DNA from: a virus
Reading direction: 5' to 3' (one strand)
Virus record (IMG/VR): IMGVR_UViG_3300047585_000133
Coordinates: 56,291 to 120,290 of that record
Length of the DNA stretch: 64,000 nucleotides
Both the position numbers and the translations under genes were made by a program. Of the stretch, positions 1 to 7,536 are shown one piece after another. The notes beneath the pieces were generated by a model. The model ran no database searches and was not told the origin of the DNA. It saw nothing but the letters and a program-made list of their open reading frames with translations. Numbering within the stretch: the first letter of the stretch is position 1; each line of letters begins with the position of its first letter.

Positions 1-452
1 TCGTCGGCGCGGCCCTGGGCCGCCTCAGCCTCGTCGGCAGCCTCCTGTGCACGGATCTTAGCGTCGTCGGCCAGCCGCTGGGCGACATGAGGACGGGAGG
101 CATCCTGGTATTCGGCTTCCGCCTGCCGGCGGGCGTCCTCGGCTTCGGGCTGGTCGCGGGGGAGCCGGAACCCGTCCACGGCCTCGACGGCACTGAGGTC
201 TACTCCGGCGGGGACAGCGGCGACCGGGGTATCCCGCTCGCGCTTCTCCTCCTCGGTGAGCGGGACGCCGTTCTCGTCCAGGTCCTCCTCCGGGACGGCC
301 TCGTCCGAGGCCTCCGGGGACCGCGTGCCGTCGGCCGCGTGCACGGTGCCCTGTCCGGGCTCGTCCTTGATCCTGCCGGTCACTTCGCCGGTCACTTCGC
401 CGGTTACCCGGCCGGTGACCTCGCGGTCGTCCTCGTCCCTGTTCCTGCTCAT
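1..452 (-). CDS. Acidic hypothetical protein, runs off window start (MSRNRDEDDREVTGRVTGEVTGEVTG...)
   Basis: Hand-translated: ATG at 452 after GAGGAAGG RBS, no stop before position 1; 12-bp VTG(E/R) repeats. Confidence 0.65.
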   Translation of the reverse strand, partial: MSRNRDEDDREVTGRVTGEVTGEVTGRIKDEPGQGTVHAADGTRSPEASDEAVPEEDLDENGVPLTEEEKRERDTPVAAVPAGVDLSAVEAVDGFRLPRDQPEAEDARRQAEAEYQDASRPHVAQRLADDAKIRAQEAADEAEAAQGRAD

Positions 453-503
453 ACGGTATTCCTTCCTCTTTTTATAGCCCTTTATGTTCTTCTGGCCGGA
501 ATG

Positions 504-581
504 CTAAAGGATTCCGAGCACGAACAGCACGATAAGTACGATAACGATCAGGAGGATCAGGCTCCACGGAAAATACGGCAT
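504..581 (-). CDS. 25-aa single-TM micropeptide MPYFPWSLILLIVIVLIVLFVLGIL
   Basis: Hand-translated below ORF-track cutoff; fully hydrophobic, AAAGGG upstream. Confidence 0.5.
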   Translation of the reverse strand: MPYFPWSLILLIVIVLIVLFVLGIL

Positions 582-628
582 GTGCTATGACTGCCCTTTA
601 AGTAACAGCCTATTCACTGCCTTCTGAA

Positions 629-1015
629 TTACCAGGTCTTTTCGTCCAGCAGCCGGCTGCTGTCGATCGCTTTCAGCCGGGCGGCGAACTGGGCCGGGCG
701 GCTGGCTTCCCGCAGGGTGTCCAGTTCCTCGCGGTACAGGACGACCAGAGAGCCGCTGTGCTGAGCGCGCCAGGCCGCCCGGTAGGGGCGCATCGCGGAG
801 TCAGTCAGGTCGCTGCCGATCTCGACGTGCACGGTCAGGATCCTGGGGACGGCAACACGGAGCGCAGTCCACTGCCACGCAGGCATATCTCCTGCCGGCC
901 GCGCTTCCATGACGACGCGCAGGACAGGGACCTCGTGAAAATGGCACAGCCCGTAGAACAGGGCCTCCATCGGCGAGTCCAGCACGATCTCAGAGGATGC
1001 CTTCACGCGAGCCAC
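629..1015 (-). CDS. Degenerate PD-(D/E)XK-like domain, paralog of the C-terminus of 4129..5133
   Basis: SPMEALFYGLC...AAWRAQHSGSLVVLYREELDTLREA aligns by eye to NGLESAFKGLC...TAWRVQRGLLAVLFEEDLQTLRTA; GTG start after AGGAAGGA. Confidence 0.6.
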   Translation of the reverse strand: MARVKASSEIVLDSPMEALFYGLCHFHEVPVLRVVMEARPAGDMPAWQWTALRVAVPRILTVHVEIGSDLTDSAMRPYRAAWRAQHSGSLVVLYREELDTLREASRPAQFAARLKAIDSSRLLDEKTW

Positions 1016-1206
1016 GACAGCGTGTCCTTCCTGGTAACGGTAAGCATGGATACCGCGTCCCACATCGGCCGGCACCCGCGCGGGTCGCCGGGATGCCCGG
1101 ACAGACGGCCGCCGTCGTCGTGAATCCACCAGCCCGGGTTCGGCATCCAGCCCAGCTTCCGGCGGTGCGCCGTGCAGTAGAAGACAGGCAGCTCGGTCTC
1201 TTTCAC
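1003..1206 (-). CDS. Small hypothetical protein
   Basis: ORF track; overlaps neighbours in operon fashion. Confidence 0.5.
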   Translation of the reverse strand: MKETELPVFYCTAHRRKLGWMPNPGWWIHDDGGRLSGHPGDPRGCRPMWDAVSMLTVTRKDTLSWLA

Positions 1207-1472
1207 TGCTCCTCCGGGTACAGGTGGCCGTAGGCGGCGATCATGTCGCGGGCATGCATGAGCTTCTCAGACCTGTAACTCGGCTGCTGGTAAGCGATCC
1301 CCGGCGGCGGCCCGCTGGCGATCAGGTCTTCCTCGAACTCGGTCCGGACCTCCCGGCAGTGGACGATGAGGCACCTCATGCACAGCGGGGTGTCCGGGTC
1401 GCAGTCCATGCAGACGTCGCAGGCCTGGTACCCAGAGTCGGCGTTCCCGCACCGGCTGCACGGCGATGTCAT
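1203..1472 (-). CDS. Cys-rich zinc-finger protein
   Basis: Four CxxC-type pairs plus HC; RBS GGAGG. Confidence 0.65.
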   Translation of the reverse strand: MTSPCSRCGNADSGYQACDVCMDCDPDTPLCMRCLIVHCREVRTEFEEDLIASGPPPGIAYQQPSYRSEKLMHARDMIAAYGHLYPEEQ

Positions 1473-1474
1473 AA

Positions 1475-2008
1475 TCAGCTGCCTCCTTCGTCATCCTGGA
1501 ACCGGAAACCGAGCGCGTGCGAGTGACCGCGCAGCAGCTCCCGGACCATGGTGGTGAACTCCGGGTCGCCGGAGACCCTGGCGGTCATCTCGGCGACGAT
1601 CTCGTTGAGGCTGGCCAGGTTGGCGGCGACGGCGTCCAGGCGGGTGCTATCGGCAGCTTTGTCGTCGGCTCCGAACGGAGACCAGGCCGGGAATCCGGGC
1701 AAGTGACCGCTGAGAGACTCTGCCCCGAACTCGACGGTGATGATGTCGCCGGGGTCTACGGTCGTCAGCTCGATGGAGGCCCGCAGGACATATCCGGTGT
1801 CCTGGTTGATCACGGCGACGCGGTGCACGGTCCTGCGCGGCGAGGTTACCGGATAGGGAATGTCGACCTTGAGCTTGCCGGCGGTCGCCGGGGGAGGAAA
1901 AGGCACGTCGGGTACTTCCACGGTGACGCGGTCAGTGGTGAACAGCCGGGCCGTCAGCCGGGGCGCCTTGGTCTCTAGTGCGGGACGGCGGTTGATCTCG
2001 GTGCCCAT
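1475..2008 (-). CDS. Hypothetical protein
   Basis: 177-aa ORF tightly packed between neighbours. Confidence 0.6.
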   Translation of the reverse strand: MGTEINRRPALETKAPRLTARLFTTDRVTVEVPDVPFPPPATAGKLKVDIPYPVTSPRRTVHRVAVINQDTGYVLRASIELTTVDPGDIITVEFGAESLSGHLPGFPAWSPFGADDKAADSTRLDAVAANLASLNEIVAEMTARVSGDPEFTTMVRELLRGHSHALGFRFQDDEGGS

Positions 2009-2009
2009 G

Positions 2010-2213
2010 TCAGCAGCTCCCGAAGAAGAACGAAGTGAATCCCAGGCCGGACTCGTCCGGGGTGAAGTGCAGTTCTTCCAGCCGGACCAGGTCCTGCGGC
2101 GAGACGAGGTCCGGGCTGACGTCCACGTAGAGCAGGTCGTGCGTGCAGTTGGTGGGAATCTCAGGGTTGGCGTACTTGCGCATGATGACCAGCGCTTCGA
2201 TCAGAGCATCCAT
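2010..2213 (-). CDS. Small conserved phage protein (paralog A)
   Basis: MDALIEALVIMRKY...HDLLYVDVSPDLVSPQDLVRLEELHF. Confidence 0.7.
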   Translation of the reverse strand: MDALIEALVIMRKYANPEIPTNCTHDLLYVDVSPDLVSPQDLVRLEELHFTPDESGLGFTSFFFGSC

Positions 2214-2214
2214 G

Positions 2215-2424
2215 TCAGTGCACTCCCGGCCAGGAAAAGGTGTGCCCGTCCTGGATGAAGTGCAGCTTCGCCAGCCGGGTCAGGTTTTCCGGCGTGACGA
2301 CCGTCGGGTCTACCTCGACGCAGAGGACGTCCTCTCCGGTGTATACGTCGTGAGCGGGATACGCGCAGGTACCAGGCTGCGCGTACCAGTGCAGAATCAT
2401 CAGTCCCTCGATCAGTTCTTCCAT
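2215..2424 (-). CDS. Small conserved phage protein (paralog B)
   Basis: MEELIEGLMILHWY...VEVDPTVVTPENLTRLAKLHF, similar to 2010..2213. Confidence 0.7.
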   Translation of the reverse strand: MEELIEGLMILHWYAQPGTCAYPAHDVYTGEDVLCVEVDPTVVTPENLTRLAKLHFIQDGHTFSWPGVH

Positions 2425-2425
2425 G

Positions 2426-2590
2426 TCAGTGTTCTCCTGGCACTTCGGTGTCCAGATTGACGGTGACCGCGATTATGCTGTCGCACAGCAGCACGCGCAG
2501 GATGCCTTCCGCGTCGGTTGCCCCGCATTTCACGCCGTACGCGGCCAGCTTCTCTGCCAGCGATGCGATCTCCTGTGCTAGTTCGCTCAT
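2426..2590 (-). CDS. 54-aa hypothetical protein, leaderless (MSELAQEIASLAEKLAAYGVKC...)
   Basis: Hand-translated; ATG 6 nt after TAAGAT -10 box. Confidence 0.6.
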   Translation of the reverse strand: MSELAQEIASLAEKLAAYGVKCGATDAEGILRVLLCDSIIAVTVNLDTEVPGEH

Positions 2591-2592
2591 GG

Positions 2593-2625
2593 ATGCATCT
2601 TATCAAGAAAAGCCGTAATGTATAG
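2593..2625. promoter_or_regulatory. Bidirectional promoter built on the AATACAGCTTTTCTTGATA motif (copy 1)
   Basis: + strand ATGCAT-17-TAATGT-7-ATG(2629); - strand CTATAC-17-TAAGAT-6-ATG(2590). Confidence 0.7.
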
Positions 2626-2628
2626 CCT

Positions 2629-3012
2629 ATGAGACGCACCGTCAGCGCAGCCAAGGTCCAGTGGGAAGTCCAGGACCTCCGCGAGCAGCTCGTCATCGCT
2701 CAGGCCGAGCTGGTCAAGACAGAACGGGTCATCCGCGAGATCGTGCGGCACCCGCGCAACAGGGCCGGGGTCTTCGGAGCAGGGGACGCTCCTCTCTACA
2801 CCGACCCGGCCAGGGCGGTAGACGCACTGCGCGAAATGGGCCGGCTCGCCTACCTGGTCTACCCGGGCCGGAAGAACCGGATTAAGCCGGGAGTGCTGCT
2901 GCGCCAGTACGAGGGCAGGATCACGGCAGTAGTGAGCCTGGAGGGCCGGCTGGAAGCACTGGAGGCCGCGCTGCGCGAGGCCGGGGTGAACCTGGACGTA
3001 CTGCCCGGGTAG
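2629..3012 (+). CDS. Coiled-coil hypothetical protein, leaderless
   Basis: 127-aa ORF directly after motif promoter. Confidence 0.65.
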   Translation: MRRTVSAAKVQWEVQDLREQLVIAQAELVKTERVIREIVRHPRNRAGVFGAGDAPLYTDPARAVDALREMGRLAYLVYPGRKNRIKPGVLLRQYEGRITAVVSLEGRLEALEAALREAGVNLDVLPG

Positions 3013-3052
3013 TTCTAGCCCTGCTTCCGGCCGGTCTTCATGAGCCCCTCCC

Positions 3053-3295
3053 TCAGGCGTATGCGATCCAAGCGGCCATCGGCGCGGTACCTGGCTCCGG
3101 GCCGTACCAGACGACGATCCGGATGTTCGTGACCGGGCCAGTCTGGATGCCCTCTTCCAGGCAGTTGCCCAGGACGGCGTTCGCGAACTCCTCGGGGTCG
3201 TCGTCATAGTCGTCGTTCGTGCCGGTCATGTCGTCGACAGGCACCCAGGTCTGGTCGTCGTCGGTGGCCTCGACTGCGTAGGTGAAGGTCGTCAC
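3053..3295 (-). CDS. Acidic hypothetical protein, leaderless
   Basis: GTG 7 nt after TAAGCT -10 of motif copy 2. Confidence 0.65.
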   Translation of the reverse strand: MTTFTYAVEATDDDQTWVPVDDMTGTNDDYDDDPEEFANAVLGNCLEEGIQTGPVTNIRIVVWYGPEPGTAPMAAWIAYA

Positions 3296-3302
3296 GAGAA
3301 GC

Positions 3303-3331
3303 AGCTTATCAAGGAAAGCTGTATTGTCTAG
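3303..3331 (-). promoter_or_regulatory. Motif promoter (copy 2)
   Basis: CTAGAC-AATACAGCTTTCCTTGA-TAAGCT on minus strand. Confidence 0.7.
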
Positions 3332-3339
3332 CGCCAGGT

Positions 3340-3807
3340 CTAGAACTGCTCAGGGTCGTAGATAACATCCGGGTGAAAAGGGATCTTGCGGCCTGTCACC
3401 ACCGGGTCACCGGAGTAGTCCACGGGCGGCTCCGGCGGCATCCTCCCGCCGAGCATCAGCACCTCCTCGGTGACGATCACCAGCCGCCAGCCGTCCTTGT
3501 CCAGGTCCGGGTTCACCTTCACCGGGACGGGGAACCAGTCCCCCGCCGTGGTCTCCCAGCCGGAGCGCTCCCACAAGTCAGCATCCATGTGCAGCAGGTG
3601 GCGTACCGCAGGGTGCATCTCCAGGCGCAGCCCGTCCGGCAGCCGCTGGCCTGGCATCCAGTGCTCGTGCACGTACTCGTTGACGCTGGTGACCAGGTGA
3701 CGGACCAGCTGCTGCTCTTTCCTCCAGCCGGGGCAGTCGTGGCCGGTGGACCCCTGGTGGGCAGGATGGGGTTCTTCGTTGCCGCAGCGCGGCCAGGGGA
3801 TGCTCAC
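3340..3807 (-). CDS. Hypothetical protein with N-terminal C/H metal-binding motif
   Basis: CxxxxxHxxH...HxC pattern; 4-nt overlap with upstream gene. Confidence 0.6.
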   Translation of the reverse strand: MSIPWPRCGNEEPHPAHQGSTGHDCPGWRKEQQLVRHLVTSVNEYVHEHWMPGQRLPDGLRLEMHPAVRHLLHMDADLWERSGWETTAGDWFPVPVKVNPDLDKDGWRLVIVTEEVLMLGGRMPPEPPVDYSGDPVVTGRKIPFHPDVIYDPEQF

Positions 3808-4040
3808 TGACCCGGATCCCGCAGCACTAGCCGGCCTTGCATGGCCAGTCTGACCAGCACGTCTTCCCAGTCAGTGCCGCCGATCACCTCGACTCCGAGG
3901 ACCTGGCCGTCTGAATCCACGTCGATCATCTCGGAGTCGCTTACCTCAAAGGTCCGGGCCACCTTGCCTTCGCGCAGCTTCGCGTAGCAGGCGTTCACCT
4001 GGGGGTCGTGCCTGAATTCAAGTACCTTCGCTTCGCCCAT
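3804..4040 (-). CDS. DUF2283-like protein
   Basis: HDPQVNACYAKLREGKVARTFEVSDSEMIDVDSDGQVLGVEV matches the YD..AD..Y....VDxDxxGxxxGIEI pattern. Confidence 0.7.
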   Translation of the reverse strand: MGEAKVLEFRHDPQVNACYAKLREGKVARTFEVSDSEMIDVDSDGQVLGVEVIGGTDWEDVLVRLAMQGRLVLRDPGQ

Positions 4041-4128
4041 GACAGCAGGCTAACGGACCGGGCAGGGCCTCCCCAGGCTCTTGGTCACTCGGGAGACCGT
4101 GCCTTACTGCACCGGCCGGAGTACCAGG

Positions 4129-5133
4129 TCACCGGAGAAGAGAAGAACCGCTTGTCGCCCGGTAGCGCAGCATCGCCCAGAACTGGTCGGCCGACGGTGC
4201 CGTCCGCAAGGTCTGGAGATCCTCCTCGAAGAGCACGGCCAGCAGGCCGCGCTGGACTCGCCAGGCTGTGTGCTTCGGCTCAGTGTCTTCTTTCACCCAG
4301 TGGTCGCCTTTGGTCTCTACGGCGATCACTTCTCCGCGCCACTCGCAGATAAAATCAGGCGCGTAGGAACCGCGATCACCCCAGGGAATCTGCTCATCGC
4401 CCTCCGGGCGGCGGCAGCCGATCTCCATCAGGTAGCAGAGTCCCTTGAAGGCTGATTCGAGTCCGTTGAGCTGCTCGTTCGGCCGGGTGTGCTCCTGCGA
4501 GCACTTGTCGGAGCAGTAGCGGCGGTGACCCTGGGATTTCGGGTAGGTGAACTGCCGACCCTCGCGCGGGCAGCCAGGGTTCTGGCATACAGCGATGAGG
4601 GTATTGGCGGGGTCGGCCTGCCGCCTGAGCGCATACTTCTCACGGCACTCGTCAGAGTGGTACTTCTTCGGGTAAGGACTGTAGAAGACCTCGCCGCACG
4701 GGCAGGTGGTCATCTTCCGCTTGTCGGCCCAACGGTCCTTGTTGTCTACGGACCGGGCGCACGTCAGTCCACAGAACCGCTGCGGAGAGTTGACCGGGGC
4801 CTCGAATATCTCCTCGCACGCCGGGTTCTCGCATGACCTCGCCTCGCGAGCGATAACCCGCTTGCGTCCGCCGTGCTGGCCGCCGGAGCCGATCCGGTTT
4901 CGCTGGCTTGCTGCGATCCGCTCGTTGATCTCCCGCTGGTAGTCCTCGCTGCGCCCGGCGTTCGGGTTCCTCGGCCGGGCGGCCAGTTCGATTCCCTCTT
5001 CACCGAGCCACCGGGAGAGAGTCTGGACGCTGGGACCCAGAAGCTGGCTGATCTCGCTGAGCGACTTCAAGTTCTCGATGTAGAGACGCTTGACCTCGTC
5101 GATGTACTGGCTTTTCTTAGATGTTCTAGACAT
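4129..5133 (-). CDS. Free-standing endonuclease: HTH + three Zn-finger repeats + PD-(D/E)XK domain (homing endonuclease-like)
   Basis: HTH SLSEISQLLGPSVQTLSRWL; C..C...[FY][CH]...C repeats; YAPDF...VETKG; RBS GGAGGAGG before ATG 5133. Confidence 0.75.
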   Translation of the reverse strand: MSRTSKKSQYIDEVKRLYIENLKSLSEISQLLGPSVQTLSRWLGEEGIELAARPRNPNAGRSEDYQREINERIAASQRNRIGSGGQHGGRKRVIAREARSCENPACEEIFEAPVNSPQRFCGLTCARSVDNKDRWADKRKMTTCPCGEVFYSPYPKKYHSDECREKYALRRQADPANTLIAVCQNPGCPREGRQFTYPKSQGHRRYCSDKCSQEHTRPNEQLNGLESAFKGLCYLMEIGCRRPEGDEQIPWGDRGSYAPDFICEWRGEVIAVETKGDHWVKEDTEPKHTAWRVQRGLLAVLFEEDLQTLRTAPSADQFWAMLRYRATSGSSLLR

Positions 5134-5226
5134 GAAACACTCACCTCCTCCGTCATCGTATCGGAAGAAGTGAGTGTTATGCAAGCTTGCTAGTCAAGAT
5201 ACACTTAAGTCATGACTAGCTAAGAC

Positions 5227-6252
5227 TCAGCTTTTCGTGATCGACGCCAGCCCTCTTGGATTGAGCACCGACATAGCGATCATTTCATCGAAGACCCAGC
5301 CCTTCCAGAACGCCTCGACGTTGTGGTTCTCTTCGACATCCAGGCTGTAAAGAATCGGGAAAACTCCGAGGAAGTTGGGTTCGGGAGCCAGGAAGATCTT
5401 CGCCTGGGGCACGATGATGGACCGCTGGATCTGGAACTCGCCGAAGGACGTGATGGTCTCGCCGGCGACCACCCGGTCCTTGAACGCCCATCCGGTTTGG
5501 TTTATATCCCACCGGAACATGTCCCGGTAGTCGAACGGGTTGATCAGGATGCGGGCCGACGGCAGCTCGTGCAGGTCGGTCATGGCGACCGCGCTGTACA
5601 GCGAGCCGGGGGTCAGGTACCCCGACGCCTCGGTGATGTTGTGGTTGGGCGTGACCACGTGGTCCGGGCGGGTGGCGTAGTCGGTGATCGCCGCCTGAAG
5701 CAGGACCAGCAGCCGGGCGTCCTCCTGCTTGAGGATGGCCTGCTTGGTCTCGTCCTGGGCCTGCTCGACGGCGTTGATCCGCAGGTAGAACAGGTCTTCC
5801 TTGCGGATGGCCGGGCGCGACGCGATCCGGAAGAACCGGACCGGGATCCGCTTGCCCTCGAACGGGGTGACCCGGACTTCGCCTTCAGTCCCGGACAGGA
5901 TGTAGGCCTGGCCGAGGTCGTCCCAGACGTCGTACTCCACCGGGGTACCGGGGGTGACCGGGTCCTCCACCAGGACGTTGCGGACGATGCCCTGGTACCG
6001 GAGCTTCAGCTGGATCGGCCCGACCATGCCGACACCCAGGCGCCGGAAGCCGTGCATCTCGTCGGAGAGGATCAGGGCCATCTTCCGGACCTTGGCCTCC
6101 CTCGTAAGAGAGACGCCGTTGGTCCGTGCCCGCCGGGCCTCGATCTGGGCGATGTAGTCGTCGGACTTCCGCGAGGCCACGCGGGGCCGCAGGCCGCCGC
6201 CCGGAGCCAGCGCCAGCTGCCCGCCGGCCGAAGTGGTCGCCAGCTCGTTCAT
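5227..6252 (-). CDS. Major capsid protein (cluster C/Bxz1-like)
   Basis: GPIQLKLRYQGIVRNVLVED, TPFEGKRI, YRDMFRWDINQTGWAFKD, FLGVFPILYSLDVEE closely resemble the Bxz1-type MCP as I recall it. Confidence 0.92.
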   Translation of the reverse strand: MNELATTSAGGQLALAPGGGLRPRVASRKSDDYIAQIEARRARTNGVSLTREAKVRKMALILSDEMHGFRRLGVGMVGPIQLKLRYQGIVRNVLVEDPVTPGTPVEYDVWDDLGQAYILSGTEGEVRVTPFEGKRIPVRFFRIASRPAIRKEDLFYLRINAVEQAQDETKQAILKQEDARLLVLLQAAITDYATRPDHVVTPNHNITEASGYLTPGSLYSAVAMTDLHELPSARILINPFDYRDMFRWDINQTGWAFKDRVVAGETITSFGEFQIQRSIIVPQAKIFLAPEPNFLGVFPILYSLDVEENHNVEAFWKGWVFDEMIAMSVLNPRGLASITKS

Positions 6253-6304
6253 GGGTTCCCTTTCCTGCGTTCCCGCGTGTTTTCTGTTTCTCGCTGCCCG
6301 GTCG

Positions 6305-6934
6305 TCAGACCTTGGCCGCAGTCAGGTTGCCGGCGGTGCCGGAGGTGAAGGCGGGCAGGCCGCCGATGGTGAGCTTGGTGCTGGAGTTGACCTTCAGCAG
6401 CCGGGCCACCGGGGAGGAGATCGTGACGCTCGACGACCAGGGGACGAGCATCCCCTGGTTGGAGGTCGCCGTGGACACCCCGACCAGCTCCGAGCCGGAA
6501 CCGTCCGTCGGGTCCGTCCACGTCTGGGTGGCGTCGAACGCGGGAGCCAGGATCTCGAACTCCGAGTCGGGGCCCAGCACCCACACCGCGAAGGCGTTGA
6601 TGCCCGCGTAGAGCAGCTCGTCGATGCCGTCGCCGCCGACGTACAGCGCACCGAGGCCGTAGACCGGCTGGACGCCCGCTGTCGCCAGGGTGGTGCCGGC
6701 GTTGCCCGAGTAGGCGGTGCCGGTCATCGTCTTGGAGCCCATCTGGGTGGTGTTCGCGCCCACCGGGGCCACCAGGTCGCCGCCGGTCCGCATGTAGCCC
6801 ATCCCGGGCCACAGCGGGATCGCACGGGTCCAGGCCGGGTCGAGGAAGCACGACTTGGGCGTGGCCTGGGTCCAGGAATAGAGCGGGCGAATTGTCCTTT
6901 TGACGTAATCATTTGAAAGGTACGTTCTGATCAT
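6305..6934 (-). CDS. Capsid decoration/head protein
   Basis: KRTIRPLY...QATP..FLDP and GGDGIDE motifs; immediately upstream of MCP as in cluster C. Confidence 0.75.
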   Translation of the reverse strand: MIRTYLSNDYVKRTIRPLYSWTQATPKSCFLDPAWTRAIPLWPGMGYMRTGGDLVAPVGANTTQMGSKTMTGTAYSGNAGTTLATAGVQPVYGLGALYVGGDGIDELLYAGINAFAVWVLGPDSEFEILAPAFDATQTWTDPTDGSGSELVGVSTATSNQGMLVPWSSSVTISSPVARLLKVNSSTKLTIGGLPAFTSGTAGNLTAAKV

Positions 6935-7122
6935 AGTATGTATGCCTCCTGATACTCGAACGCACTTTCCATGAGAAGAGCGGCCGAATGGTACTCGCCG
7001 AGATATAGAGAGGACGAATCGTCTACCTGAAGCCCAGCCCGGAGCAGCTCGCCGAGGTGATCGCCCTGCTGGAGGCAGCGCAGCAGCGAGCCGCACATCT
7101 GCTCGAATAGCGGGCTGCTCAT
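6931..7122 (-). CDS. Small hypothetical protein
   Basis: GAGAGGAGG RBS; stop overlaps decoration gene start. Confidence 0.4.
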   Translation of the reverse strand: MSSPLFEQMCGSLLRCLQQGDHLGELLRAGLQVDDSSSLYLGEYHSAALLMESAFEYQEAYIL

Positions 7123-7185
7123 CTGCTGCCTCCTCTCACCGGGTTCCTGCTATTCCTTCTGGGGCTGCGGACGCAAAAGGCACCG

Positions 7186-7536
7186 TCATGACAGCGTCGT
7201 CGTGTTAGCGGAGAACAGCGCACTCAGCGCCGTGGCCGGGATCAGCGAGTACTCCGCGTCCGAAAGCACCGCGACGGCGCCGCCGGAGTAGCGGATCCCG
7301 TTGGGCAGCACCACGTTGGACAGGTCCGCCGTGATCGTCACCTGATGACTCACGTCCCCTCCCAGGGAGCCCGTGGAAGTGCCCCCGGCACCCGCCGTCA
7401 GAAGTGCCTTCGCCCCCGCCGTCAGCAGTCCGAACTGATCGTCCGGGAGCGTGAAACCGGCTCCCGCCGCATAGCGGATGCCGTTCGGCATGACAATCGA
7501 GTCGGTGCCGGAGTTGACGACGAGGGAGTAGGTCAT
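7186..7536 (-). CDS. Putative virion protein with two internal repeats
   Basis: IVMPNGIRYAAGAGFTLPDDQFGLL / VVLPNGIRYSGGAVAVLSDAEYSLI; TGATG coupling. Confidence 0.7.
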   Translation of the reverse strand: MTYSLVVNSGTDSIVMPNGIRYAAGAGFTLPDDQFGLLTAGAKALLTAGAGGTSTGSLGGDVSHQVTITADLSNVVLPNGIRYSGGAVAVLSDAEYSLIPATALSALFSANTTTLS

